DNA of 63,839 nucleotides, the filler included. It is 3 parts of 3 records of this genome, joined end to end, with 100 filler letters (N's around TTAATTAATTAA, not from the genome) between each part and the next. Parts side by side here need not be neighbours in the genome. Positions count along the whole stretch, not along the records: positions 1 to 30,121 come from SRR31156797_9840; 2 more parts are not named here. One strand, 5' to 3'. This document shows, in pieces, positions 12,389 to 22,391 of this stretch. The translations under genes and the position numbers were made by a program. Under the pieces are notes generated by a model, which saw only the letters and a program-made list of their open reading frames with translations, ran no database searches and had not been told where the DNA came from. Numbering within the stretch: the first letter of the stretch is position 1; the number at the start of each line of letters is the position of its first letter.

Positions 12389-14368
12389 TTGGAATCCTAC
12401 CAAAACATATCAATCCTGCTTGTTGAAGACGACCAGATAGATGCAATGGCATTTGAGCGCAACCTAAAAAAATCAGGTATCGATTATAAGCTGAAATGGT
12501 GCATTTACGGAAACGAAGCACTTGAAGTGCTTGAAGCAGGTATGGCAGATTTCGATTGTATGTTTGTGGATTACCAGTTGCCAGGCATGGATGGATTGGC
12601 TTTGCTGAAAAAAATCAAGAAGATTGGATACTCCAGGCCGGTATTGATAATGACTTCGCAAGGCGATGAAAAAGTGGCTGTGGATATGATGAAAGCAGGG
12701 GCATTCGATTATTTCCCAAAATCCGAATTATCCACCACAAAGCTGGGAAATGCACTTAATGCTATATCCCGCTTCAATCATATTGCCGATGATAAAAAGG
12801 AAATCGAAAAATCACTGCGGCAACATAAACTTTTTACTGAAGCCATAACCCAGTATTCTCCCAACATCATTTACGTATATGAGCTCAATACCGGAAAATT
12901 CATTTATGCTAACCGCAGTATTTTCGAGGAACTGGGATACAGCAAAACTGAAATCAGAAAGAAAGGCAGATCCGTTTTTGAAGATACCGTTGATCCCGGG
13001 CATCGCAAAGCCGTTACCGAACACCTGAAAAAACTTGTAGAATCCAAAGATGGTGTGGTGCATGAGGTAGAATACAGGATGCTGGATGCCCAGGGCAACT
13101 GGGTGTGGTATTATAACCGAGATATTGTTTTTAAACGTGATGAAAGCGGGAGTGTTACACAAGTGTTGGGCTCCACCTCAAACATTTCTACCCTAAAAAA
13201 GGCAGAAGCTGAAATGCGGATTGCCAAACAACAGGCTGAGCAGGCAGCCAGGGTTAAATCGGAATTCCTTTCGAATATGAGCCATGAAATCCGAACTCCG
13301 ATGAATGCAATCATTGGGCTAACCGATCTGCTGCTATCAGAAGAACATAAATCTTTTGTAAGAGAAAATCTGCAGGCCATCAAACAGTCAGCCGATAACC
13401 TGCTCGTGATCATCAACGACATCCTCGACTTTTCAAAAATTGAAGCCGGAAAAATGGTGATCGAAGCCATCGATTTTGATTTCGCCTACCAGTTGGAGCA
13501 TATCGGTAAAATAATGACGCACAAAGCCTCAGAAAAAAAACTGTCGTTTAATTATTACCTCGATGAGAAAATTCCTGAAGTTCTGATCGGTGATCCGTTC
13601 AGGCTCAACCAGGTGATCATTAACCTTGTCGGAAATGCGATAAAATTCACCAACCGGGGATTTGTTAAAATTGAAACACAACTGGTTAAAGAGCATCAGG
13701 ATGCTGTTGATATCCGGATCGTGGTGAAAGACAGCGGTATCGGCATTCCAGAAGACAAGCAAAATACGATCTTCGAAAGTTTTACGCAGGCAGGATCAGA
13801 TACTTCCCGGTTTTTTGGTGGTACAGGCCTGGGGCTTACCATCACAAATCAATTGGTAAAACTCATGGGTGGCAAAATTGATGTTAAAAGTACAATTGAT
13901 GTTGGTTCAGAATTTTCAGTTTTCCTCAACTTCCGAAAAGGTTCAATAGAAAATGTTTCGAACAAAAAAGAAAAACTAACCGAATTACCACTGGCTAAAA
14001 GAAACATACTCGTTGTTGAAGATAACATCATAAATCAGAAGGTCATCTCTCAATTACTAAGCTCATGGAATTGCACTTTTGAAATAGCCGAAAATGGGCA
14101 GGAAGGAATACACCATTTAGCAAAAAATCCCTTCGATATCATTCTGATGGACCTTCAAATGCCTGTGCTCGACGGATATGAAGCCACAAAGTTGATACGC
14201 GAAGGCTTCGCTGGATTGAAATGTAAAAATATCCCGATCATAGCCCTTACTGCAGATGCGTTCCCTGAAACCAGGAAAAAGGTTTTCGATATCGGTATGA
14301 ACGACTTTGTGAGCAAGCCATTTAAAAAAGATGAGCTAAACCGGAAAATCCACTCACTCACCAGCTAA
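12389..14368 (+). CDS. Hybrid histidine kinase REC-PAS-HisKA-HATPase-REC
   Basis: N-terminal REC (DYQLPG); PAS; FLSNMSHEIRTPMN; GGTGLGL; C-terminal REC (LMDLQMP). TTG start. Confidence 0.93.
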   Translation: MESYQNISILLVEDDQIDAMAFERNLKKSGIDYKLKWCIYGNEALEVLEAGMADFDCMFVDYQLPGMDGLALLKKIKKIGYSRPVLIMTSQGDEKVAVDMMKAGAFDYFPKSELSTTKLGNALNAISRFNHIADDKKEIEKSLRQHKLFTEAITQYSPNIIYVYELNTGKFIYANRSIFEELGYSKTEIRKKGRSVFEDTVDPGHRKAVTEHLKKLVESKDGVVHEVEYRMLDAQGNWVWYYNRDIVFKRDESGSVTQVLGSTSNISTLKKAEAEMRIAKQQAEQAARVKSEFLSNMSHEIRTPMNAIIGLTDLLLSEEHKSFVRENLQAIKQSADNLLVIINDILDFSKIEAGKMVIEAIDFDFAYQLEHIGKIMTHKASEKKLSFNYYLDEKIPEVLIGDPFRLNQVIINLVGNAIKFTNRGFVKIETQLVKEHQDAVDIRIVVKDSGIGIPEDKQNTIFESFTQAGSDTSRFFGGTGLGLTITNQLVKLMGGKIDVKSTIDVGSEFSVFLNFRKGSIENVSNKKEKLTELPLAKRNILVVEDNIINQKVISQLLSSWNCTFEIAENGQEGIHHLAKNPFDIILMDLQMPVLDGYEATKLIREGFAGLKCKNIPIIALTADAFPETRKKVFDIGMNDFVSKPFKKDELNRKIHSLTS

Positions 14369-14415
14369 GCCTTACACAACATATATAACTTTAATTCTAA
14401 CGCAGGTAGTCGTTA

Positions 14416-14835
14416 TTAATCATCAAATTCGCAGGCAATCATCCAGCCAATACCGAATTTATCCACACACATCCCAAACATGGAGTTCCAGAAAGTTTTG
14501 GACCAGTCCATCACTGTCGAACCACCTTCCTGAAGTCTTTTAAACGCAGTTTCAGCAGTATCCAGATCAGGAATACTTACCATTATCCAGGTGGCATCGC
14601 CCTGGGTGAACTTCTGGTCTTTTTGGCCATCGGAAGCCATAAGTGTGGCACTACCAAATTTTAGCGTGGCATGCATTATTTTTTCTTTGTAATCCTCGTC
14701 AACCTCCATGGGTGCATTTTCAAACGTCATCAATTCCAGTTCAGCATTAAAAATGTCTTTGTAATAGCCCATGGCTTCGCGGCAATTTCCGTTGAATGTT
14801 AAATACGGATTTAAAACTGTTGTTTTCTCTTGCAT
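14416..14835 (-). CDS. VOC/PhnB-family (glyoxalase-like) protein
   Basis: PYLTFNGNCREA..YY..IF, IMHA.L, FW...FG..VDKFGI.W. Confidence 0.9.
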   Translation of the reverse strand: MQEKTTVLNPYLTFNGNCREAMGYYKDIFNAELELMTFENAPMEVDEDYKEKIMHATLKFGSATLMASDGQKDQKFTQGDATWIMVSIPDLDTAETAFKRLQEGGSTVMDWSKTFWNSMFGMCVDKFGIGWMIACEFDD

Positions 14836-15099
14836 AGTGATTTAGTTTTTATGATGAATAAGTCTTGCGATAATAGTAAAGGAGTAGTTAACCAAACTCG
14901 CGATTAACAATTATTTAAGTTAAAAAGCGTGAAAATCAGGGAGAAATTATGGATTTTGAGGGTTTTTGTTAGACTTTTATACTGCCATGATTACCAATTC
15001 GATAATTTATGGCAAATATTTTGAGGTCAATTTTCTTCATATTTTACAACCTCTTCAGTTCATTTTTGTCTTTAAGACTGGAGTCTATAAAATACGTTT

Positions 15100-17478
15100 A
15101 TGAAAAATTATATATCCGTTAAAACTTTTCCTTTCAAGGTAAAATTCAACCTGATACCATTAATCACTTTTTGGGAAAGCCTGGCAACATCGCAGGATAA
15201 AATACAGGCAAAATGTGCACAAACCATCGTCGATAATATTAATAAATACCCCGAACTCAGGGGTGATAACCTGGATAAAACTGACATTAAAAAACACTTG
15301 GACTTGATTGCTGTGATGTTTACCGGCGTATTCTCACCATACCAGATACAGCATGGAATTTTTGCAGGTAACATCCCATATTCGATGGATGTTTTTTACA
15401 GCACAGAACACTTCAAAAAGATTTTAGGTGGACAAAAAGAAAAAATTAATAACCGGGTTTTTGGAAAAAAACATGGTAATTTCTATGGCCCGACCATGCA
15501 TGCATACACCCTTATTTTTAAAAAGTTTTTTAACCTTGACGTAAGTTTTGAGATACCCACATTTAAATTCAGGCTTGAAGATGATGTTACCGGGTTGATG
15601 AAATATTACAGCATGAAGACTGACATCAGGTTTGTGGATATAAACTATACCGGCCCAAAGAAAAAACTTACCGAAAAAGAGATTCAAACCATTCGCGAAA
15701 ATTTCCTGGATCTGTCGGTTTGGATGAAGATTGTTCCCCCGGAAGATGTTGTATTGGAAGGATTTGGCCTTTTAAACGTAGCCGAAGACACCCAACAGCA
15801 AAGCTTGATTTCAATCCAAAACCAATTATTAGACAAAGAAACCATTATCAATGCGGAGAAATTCAACAAGATTGAACTTCGGATGAAATCGCTGCTCCAG
15901 ATGCCAGACATTAAAATGGGTATGGCTGTTTTTAACGAGGATCCCAAGGCATTCAGTTTATTCCGTAATACCTGGAACAGTATCCTAAAAGACGATACCC
16001 TGATTTGCCAGCAATATGAAAACTCGATTTACCATAAAGCAGGCATCGACAGGCAACCGGTTGTAATTTCGGACCTTCGGAAGCTGGAAAACAAAACGGT
16101 TATCGAGGAGGCACTAATTAAAGAGGGATGGCGAAGTATTTTGATCATTCCGCTACAATACGAGAACGAACTGGTGGGCCTCATTGAACTCGCCTCACCA
16201 AATCCCGGGGCCATCACAACCGGCGAACTGGTTCAGTTGCATGGGCTGATTTCACCCTTTGGGATAGCAGCAAAACGCCAGGGCCTTGATCTTGAAAATC
16301 GCGTGACAGCAAAAATACAGGAAGACTTTACTGCCATTCACCCCACCGTGGAGTGGAAGTTCGAAGAAGTAGCTATCGAACGGCTGAGCCGTGAATTGAT
16401 TGGTGAAGCCCCATCCAAAAACAAAATCATATTCAGGGATGTGTACCCGCTGTATGGCGTTTCTGATGTGAAATCCTCTTCAACCAGACGAAATGCAGCC
16501 ATTCGTGCAGATCTGCTTGAGCAGCTTTCGATGCTCGACAATGTGATTGCAATGGTTCGTAAGCAAAAGCCATTGCCCATTTTGGACCACCTGAGATTTA
16601 ACCTGAAAGAAATGCGGGAGGATATTGAAAATGAAATCAGCTCGGGTGATGAGGTGAAAATCCTGAATTTCGTGCGCCGGGAAGTTGAACCCGTTTTGAA
16701 ACATCTGAGCTCGCTGCAAGAAGAACTTGAAGGAATTATTGGTGTTTATTTTGATATGCTTGACGATAACCTGGGCATTTTGTACAGGCAACGTAAGGAT
16801 TTTGAGGATAGCATGCAACGTATTAACAACGAAGTAAGCAATCTGCTTGATGAACGTGAGGATGAAGCCCAGGCCATGTTCCCGCACTATTTTGAAAAAT
16901 ACCGGACCGATGGCATTGAGCATTCCATTTATATTGGTGACTCCCTTGTGCAAAATAAGGATTTCGATCCTATTTACCTGAAAAACATCAAACTATGGCA
17001 ACTCATGACCATGTGCGACATCACCAGGAAAACTGCTGAACTCATACCATCGCTGCCCATGAAACTGGAAACAACCCAGCTAATCTTAATACATAACCAA
17101 CCCATAGCCATCCGCTTTCGCGATGACGAGAAAAAATTTGATGTGGAGGGCGCATACAACCTGCGTTACGAAATCACCAAAAAACGCATCGACAAAGCGA
17201 CCATCAAAGGAACCCCGGAACGTATTGTTCAACCCGGGCATATCGCCATTATTTATTCGCAGGAATCTGAAAGAGAAGAATACTATAAATACCTGGAATA
17301 TTTGATTGCCAAAAACTTTGTAGAAGCCGACATTGAACAACATGATCTTGAAAACATGCAGGGTATTTATGGCCTGCGTGCCCTGAGGGTAAAGGTAAAA
17401 ACCAGCAAAGTCAGCAATTCAAAACAATCGCTTCGTGATGTAGAAAATGCGGTTAAAAGCCTTGAATCAGTAAGTTAA
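15100..17478 (+). CDS. GAF-domain protein with a C-terminal domain resembling a divergent class III nucleotidyl cyclase
   Basis: GAF-like 'PVVISDL...GWRSILIIPL....ELVGLIELAS'; C-terminal motifs GVSDVKSSS, FEKYRTDG, KFDVEGAYN and QPGHIAI (see findings). The ORF is secure; the cyclase call is inference. Confidence 0.75.
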   Translation: MKNYISVKTFPFKVKFNLIPLITFWESLATSQDKIQAKCAQTIVDNINKYPELRGDNLDKTDIKKHLDLIAVMFTGVFSPYQIQHGIFAGNIPYSMDVFYSTEHFKKILGGQKEKINNRVFGKKHGNFYGPTMHAYTLIFKKFFNLDVSFEIPTFKFRLEDDVTGLMKYYSMKTDIRFVDINYTGPKKKLTEKEIQTIRENFLDLSVWMKIVPPEDVVLEGFGLLNVAEDTQQQSLISIQNQLLDKETIINAEKFNKIELRMKSLLQMPDIKMGMAVFNEDPKAFSLFRNTWNSILKDDTLICQQYENSIYHKAGIDRQPVVISDLRKLENKTVIEEALIKEGWRSILIIPLQYENELVGLIELASPNPGAITTGELVQLHGLISPFGIAAKRQGLDLENRVTAKIQEDFTAIHPTVEWKFEEVAIERLSRELIGEAPSKNKIIFRDVYPLYGVSDVKSSSTRRNAAIRADLLEQLSMLDNVIAMVRKQKPLPILDHLRFNLKEMREDIENEISSGDEVKILNFVRREVEPVLKHLSSLQEELEGIIGVYFDMLDDNLGILYRQRKDFEDSMQRINNEVSNLLDEREDEAQAMFPHYFEKYRTDGIEHSIYIGDSLVQNKDFDPIYLKNIKLWQLMTMCDITRKTAELIPSLPMKLETTQLILIHNQPIAIRFRDDEKKFDVEGAYNLRYEITKKRIDKATIKGTPERIVQPGHIAIIYSQESEREEYYKYLEYLIAKNFVEADIEQHDLENMQGIYGLRALRVKVKTSKVSNSKQSLRDVENAVKSLESVS

Positions 17479-17598
17479 ACTTTACCAGGCTGGTGTTTTT
17501 CTTGGAGCCCCAGTGAAATCCGGCAAAAAACCGGTATCCCTGCTATTTAGAATATTCCTAAACAGAAGAGATTCCATTGCCAGACACCCTGTATTTCC

Positions 17599-17606
17599 TA
17601 AATTTG
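17599..17606 (+). promoter_or_regulatory. -7 element upstream of the TPR-AraC gene
   Basis: TAAATTTG matches TAnnTTTG. Confidence 0.5.
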
Positions 17607-17638
17607 TAAGGTTTATACCTTAAACCACCAGTGGGGGC

Positions 17639-19639
17639 ATGACGAAACTAACTTTAAACTACAATGTGCTGGTTATTTTAATATCAGTGGCATTAACTTC
17701 TCTTACAACATCCGGTTATTCACAATCCGACAGTCTGCGATTGGCCCTGAAAAAAAATCCGCAAAACCCTTCACTCATCAACAGCCTTGCCGAACAACTG
17801 ATCCCGGATTCTCTGGACAAAGTCAGGATTTTGATGGAAAAATCCATCAGCCTGGCGGAAGAACAAGATGATTTTTATCAAAAAGGCCGGGCTGAATACA
17901 TCATGGGCGATACCTGGTGGTATGCCAACGATTTTGCTGAAGCAGCCCGATGGTTTGGTAGATCTGCAGAATCGTATAATAAAGCGGACGATCCCTTGAT
18001 GACCGCCAACGGTTATAACGATATGGCTTATGCCTGGAATCAAATCGACCGGTATGAGGAAGCACTCGAAGCCTATCGCAAATCCATGACAATTCTGCTC
18101 ACCATAAATGATGAAGAAAACCTGCCTGCGGTGCTTGTCAACATCGGACAGGTGCATTTTAAGCTGGGCCGCATGGACAGTGCCATATTTTACAACTCAC
18201 AGGCAGCTACACTCAGCGATATTCCGGGATTGGAGGAGTCATATTCTGCTGCACTCGGAAACCTTGGTTACACCTATAAAACCATGGGAAATTTTGAAAA
18301 AGCCCTTGAATATTACAACCAGGCCCTTGAGGTATCAAAAAAAATGAATATGCCGGAGTGGATTGCCACGGACCTGAATAATATCGCCAACGTCTATACG
18401 CACTGGGAAAAATACGATATGGCCAAAAAATACCTCAAGCAGGCCATCGCTATAGATGAGAAAGCCAACAATCCGGCTACCCTCGAAATCAAACTGAACA
18501 ATCTGGCTTATGCATACCAGCAAACCGGCGACCTGGATTCCGCTATGATCCTGTTCAAACGTTCGGCACAAATTGCCGGGGAGTTGGGGCGGCTGGGAAA
18601 CCTGGCAGTACGGAAAATCAATATCGGATTGCTTTACTACGACAAAGGCGACTTTAAACAGGCCGAAACCTATGTAAGCGAAGGCCTTGCAACCAACCGC
18701 CAGCTTGGATTTAAACTTTCGGTGGCCGGTGCACTGCAAAGCCTGGGCATGATAAAAATAGCCCAACAGCAATATAAACAGGCCGAAGCATATCTTGATG
18801 AAGCGCTTGAATTGGCACTCGAATTAGATGCCAGGATCATACTTGAAAGAATCTACGATAGCCGTAGTCAGCTTTTTGAAAAAACCAACCAGCCTCAAAA
18901 GGCACTCAATGCCTTCAGAAAATACACCACTATTAAAGATTCTCTCTTCACCATGCAAAGCAGGGATAAGCTTGCTGAAATGGAAGCACGCTACGAAACT
19001 GAGAAAAAACAGCAACGAATCGTATTATTGCTGAAAGACAATGAATTGCAAAAAGCCGAAATTCGTAAAAAGCAAATAACATTAATTTCTCTTGTTGGCG
19101 GTATTATCATCCTCACCATTTCAGCACTTATCATCGGACTCCTGTATATGCAAAAATCACGGGCAAACCGCAAACTGGTAGAGAAAAACCTGGAATTGAT
19201 GAAAAGTGAAGAATCTGAAAACAGGCCTAAAAGAGATAGAATGCCGGATGATTTTATTTCGGATGGTGAAAAGTTGAGGATGCTTGAGAAAATTGAACAA
19301 CTTGTTCACGAAGAAAAAGTTTACCGAAAAAAGCAAATTACGTTATCAGGACTGGCCACTGATCTGCAATCCAATACCAGCTACCTTTCCAGGATCATCA
19401 ACGAGCATTACGGTATGAATTTTTCAAACTTCATCAACATACACCGCATCAGGGAAGCCCAGAAAATGTTTGCCAATAACCAACACAAATCGATGACGCT
19501 CGAGGGTATTTCGGAATCGGTAGGTTATCAATCCCGCTCAACTTTTAATACGGCATTTAAGAAAATTACCGGTGTAACCCCCAGTGTTTACATCAAAAAC
19601 CTGGATGACATCCACAAAAACGAATTACCAAACAACTAA
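17639..19639 (+). CDS. Membrane-spanning one-component regulator: periplasmic TPR repeats, TM helix, AraC HTH
   Basis: Signal peptide; multiple TPRs; TM segment ITLISLVGG...LLY; AraC signature NTSYLSRIIN...RIREA...VGYQSRSTFNTAFKKITGVTPS.Y. Confidence 0.92.
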   Translation: MTKLTLNYNVLVILISVALTSLTTSGYSQSDSLRLALKKNPQNPSLINSLAEQLIPDSLDKVRILMEKSISLAEEQDDFYQKGRAEYIMGDTWWYANDFAEAARWFGRSAESYNKADDPLMTANGYNDMAYAWNQIDRYEEALEAYRKSMTILLTINDEENLPAVLVNIGQVHFKLGRMDSAIFYNSQAATLSDIPGLEESYSAALGNLGYTYKTMGNFEKALEYYNQALEVSKKMNMPEWIATDLNNIANVYTHWEKYDMAKKYLKQAIAIDEKANNPATLEIKLNNLAYAYQQTGDLDSAMILFKRSAQIAGELGRLGNLAVRKINIGLLYYDKGDFKQAETYVSEGLATNRQLGFKLSVAGALQSLGMIKIAQQQYKQAEAYLDEALELALELDARIILERIYDSRSQLFEKTNQPQKALNAFRKYTTIKDSLFTMQSRDKLAEMEARYETEKKQQRIVLLLKDNELQKAEIRKKQITLISLVGGIIILTISALIIGLLYMQKSRANRKLVEKNLELMKSEESENRPKRDRMPDDFISDGEKLRMLEKIEQLVHEEKVYRKKQITLSGLATDLQSNTSYLSRIINEHYGMNFSNFINIHRIREAQKMFANNQHKSMTLEGISESVGYQSRSTFNTAFKKITGVTPSVYIKNLDDIHKNELPNN

Positions 19640-19758
19640 TTGAAAACCAAAGAATCAGATATATATTTTTAAACTTATTTTGTTCCAATTTATAAATCAG
19701 TACAAGCTGCATTTGCCTGCTGGCAGGTCTTGACATACTTTCGTTGCAAAATGATGAT

Positions 19759-20067
19759 ATGAAAAAAAATGTTGTAAGGTATTTGATTTTAACCGTGTTA
19801 TTTGGGATTATTTTCGGGTGCACCAATTCATTGGAAAAAGATGCACAAAACCTCGCAGACATCCAGGAACAAAAAAATGAAACTGTTCGAATGATGCTTG
19901 GGTGCAAAGATTCAATACAAAAACTTTATTTGCTCGAGGAGATAACAAGACTGGAAAACCAGTTTAAGCGGGTTAGGCAAACTTACGCAGACAAATATGC
20001 TGACAGCGCAGCACAGAGGGCTTTTGAAACATACTACAGAATTTATCTATCAAAAATATCCAATTAA
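19759..20067 (+). CDS. Small helical lipoprotein of unknown function
   Basis: MKKNVVRYLILTVLFGIIFG-C lipobox; ATG at 19759 is preferred over TTG at 19744. Confidence 0.7.
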   Translation: MKKNVVRYLILTVLFGIIFGCTNSLEKDAQNLADIQEQKNETVRMMLGCKDSIQKLYLLEEITRLENQFKRVRQTYADKYADSAAQRAFETYYRIYLSKISN

Positions 20068-20095
20068 CATATTCACTAACTAAAATTTAATTCAA

Positions 20096-21091
20096 ATGAA
20101 AAAATTTGCAATTCTCTTTCTTTGTTTTGGCTTTTTAGCCGCTAACGCCACCAGCTGGCGCGTGAACAACAATCCGGCTATCGATGCCGATTTTACTACC
20201 TTTGAAGCCGCAGTGGCAGGTGCTTCTGCCGGCGACACGCTCTACATCGAAGGCACACCATTTAACTATGGGACACAGGTATTAGACAAACGTCTTGTTT
20301 TGATTGGTCCCGGCTACTATCTTACCGAAAACGATTCAACCCAGGTGAGCAGTAATGAGGCCAAATTCAAAATATTTACCATTGACACTCTCGCTTCCGG
20401 AAGTAGCATTTATGGAATTGTGTTTGAGTGGTATGCAGAAATTAATGGAAGTAATGTTGTTTTTTCAAGAAACCATGTAGCAACATCATCATACGAAACC
20501 ATCTATATCGGTGAAGACAATCCTGTAAACAACTGTGTTGTTACTCAGAACTATTGTGGCAGTATTTCATCTAGTTCTTATCATCCTTCACTCAACATCC
20601 TGATAAGCAATAATTATGTTGAAGAACAAATTACTTTGTATGATAATGCATCCTGCGTTCTTTTTAATAATGTCGTCGGAAATCGAGTATCAGTTTACAA
20701 CTCGATAGTTAAAAACAACATCATTTATAATGCTGCCAGTTACCAGGGTTTTGCAGAAAATGAAAATAACATTTTTGAATACAACATGGTAAATATTGCC
20801 ACTATCCCACCTGGAACAGGTAATGTTACCGATATCGATCCTCTAGAAGTATTTGTTGATTACGATAGCTCATTAGGCTATAGTACAGATGGAAAATGGC
20901 AACTCAAAGAAGGCTCTCCCGCCATTGGAGCCGGTGAAAACGGAACCGACTGCGGCGCTTTTGGAGGCACCTCACCTTACGTACTCTCCGGCCTGCCGGC
21001 AGTACCACACATCTACGAAGCCACCATGCCAACCTCAGGCTCGGCAGCAAGCGGCCTCCCGGTAACCATCAAAGTCAAATCACAAAACTAA
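20096..21091 (+). CDS. Secreted right-handed beta-helix protein, paralog 1
   Basis: Signal peptide; 'ADF..F..A...A.AGDT.YIE...L.LIGPGY' cap; Asn-ladder repeats; conserved tail SPAIGAG..G.DCGAFGG..PYVLSGLP..PHI...GLPVTIKVKSQN. Confidence 0.8.
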   Translation: MKKFAILFLCFGFLAANATSWRVNNNPAIDADFTTFEAAVAGASAGDTLYIEGTPFNYGTQVLDKRLVLIGPGYYLTENDSTQVSSNEAKFKIFTIDTLASGSSIYGIVFEWYAEINGSNVVFSRNHVATSSYETIYIGEDNPVNNCVVTQNYCGSISSSSYHPSLNILISNNYVEEQITLYDNASCVLFNNVVGNRVSVYNSIVKNNIIYNAASYQGFAENENNIFEYNMVNIATIPPGTGNVTDIDPLEVFVDYDSSLGYSTDGKWQLKEGSPAIGAGENGTDCGAFGGTSPYVLSGLPAVPHIYEATMPTSGSAASGLPVTIKVKSQN

Positions 21092-21092
21092 A

Positions 21093-21229
21093 CACGTAAA
21101 GACGCACGGCCATGCGTCTCAACGTGCATAAAGGGTTGAAGGGCTCTCGGTAAAGACACAGGGTAGAGGGGCTCGATAAAGACACAGAGTAGAGGGGCTC
21201 GATAAAGACGCACGGCCGTGCGTCTCAAC
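21093..21229. repeat. REP-like palindromes flanking a 26-bp tandem duplication
   Basis: GTAAAGACGCACGGCCATGCGTCTCAAC (21096-21123) and TAAAGACGCACGGCCGTGCGTCTCAAC (21203-21229, perfect 20-bp palindrome at 21206-21225); between them TAAAGACACAG(G/A)GTAGAGGGGCTCGA twice (21151-21176, 21177-21202). Confidence 0.85.
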
Positions 21230-21263
21230 AAAAAAGAAATATCAAAACTAAACAACAATAACA

Positions 21264-22265
21264 ATGAAAAAATATACAGCAATAATCACCATCGTTTTAC
21301 TTTGTCTTGCAACGATCGGCAGCGGGCAGAACCGCTGGCGCGTAAACAACAACATCGGCGTAAATGCGGATTTTAGCGAGCTGCAGGCCGCCATCGATTC
21401 CGCATCAGCCGGAGATATTATCTACATCGAAAATTCCGGGATTCCCTATGGGGGTAACAACCAGGTTGATAAACAACTTACCATATTAGGACCCGGATAT
21501 TTCCTGGCCACCAACGATTCAACCCAGGCCAACAAAGCACCGGCAAGCGTTACCTATATTTACTTTCAGCCCGGTTCGGATGGCAGTGTGCTGATGGGCG
21601 TGAAAATATTACATGCCTTGTATTTGAATGCCAGCAACCTGGTCATTGCCAGAAACTCTATTGGGCAAATGGTCCTTGCTTACAGCTATGACTGCGGCAA
21701 TATCATTATTCAGCAAAATTATGTAGGATCCGTTTCGGACGGAAACCATTATTACACAGCTATAATCCGCAATAATATCATAAACAGCCAGGTAGCAATG
21801 TCGCAATTTGGATCCATACAGTTCCATAATAATTCGGTGTATGCCAGTTCATCCCAATTCCTTGTTAATCTTCATAATTCAAGTATAAAGAATAACATTG
21901 TTTTTAATTATTATTCAAGCTATCAGAAATGTATTAATACAGATCCGGCAGATAACAATACTATCCAATACAATGTAACGAACCAGGAACCCGATCCCGG
22001 TTTCCCTGATAATATCTGGGAGGCGATACCTGAAGAAGTCATTCAGTTGACCGGCGGCCCTGAAACCAAGTTTCATCTCATCGAAGGCTCGCCGGCCATT
22101 GGTTACGGTCAGTATGGTGTGGATTGCGGTGCCTTTGGCGCAGATGCTCCTTACGTGCTTTCCGGGCTGCCGCCCATTCCACACATCTTCGAAACCAATA
22201 TTCCGGTTTCAGGTACGTCGAACAGCGGCCTGCCTGTAAATGTGAAGATCAAATCGCAGAACTAG
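21264..22265 (+). CDS. Secreted right-handed beta-helix protein, paralog 2
   Basis: Same N-cap (WRVNNN...ADF) and C-tail (...GLPVNVKIKSQN) as paralog 1, with a divergent core. Confidence 0.8.
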   Translation: MKKYTAIITIVLLCLATIGSGQNRWRVNNNIGVNADFSELQAAIDSASAGDIIYIENSGIPYGGNNQVDKQLTILGPGYFLATNDSTQANKAPASVTYIYFQPGSDGSVLMGVKILHALYLNASNLVIARNSIGQMVLAYSYDCGNIIIQQNYVGSVSDGNHYYTAIIRNNIINSQVAMSQFGSIQFHNNSVYASSSQFLVNLHNSSIKNNIVFNYYSSYQKCINTDPADNNTIQYNVTNQEPDPGFPDNIWEAIPEEVIQLTGGPETKFHLIEGSPAIGYGQYGVDCGAFGADAPYVLSGLPPIPHIFETNIPVSGTSNSGLPVNVKIKSQN

Positions 22266-22271
22266 GAGAAA

Positions 22272-22376
22272 GTTATTGGTTATTATGTTATTGGTTATTG
22301 GATTTTAGAATTCAAACTTCTGACTTCAGTCATCTAATCTCTAACATCAAGCCTCTAACTTCTTTTTTCTAACAAC
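22272..22376. repeat. Degenerate heptamer short tandem repeats (GTTATTG-type, then ACTTCTG/TCTAACN-type)
   Basis: gttattg gttatta tgttattg gttattg ... acttctg acttcag ... tctaatc tctaaca ... tctaact ... tctaaca. Confidence 0.6.
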
Positions 22377-22391
22377 TAAAATATTAATACA

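Noticed and set aside
21093-21229. Mini CRISPR array
   Set aside because: Only two palindromic copies; the intervening DNA is itself a tandem duplication rather than unique spacers; no cas genes.
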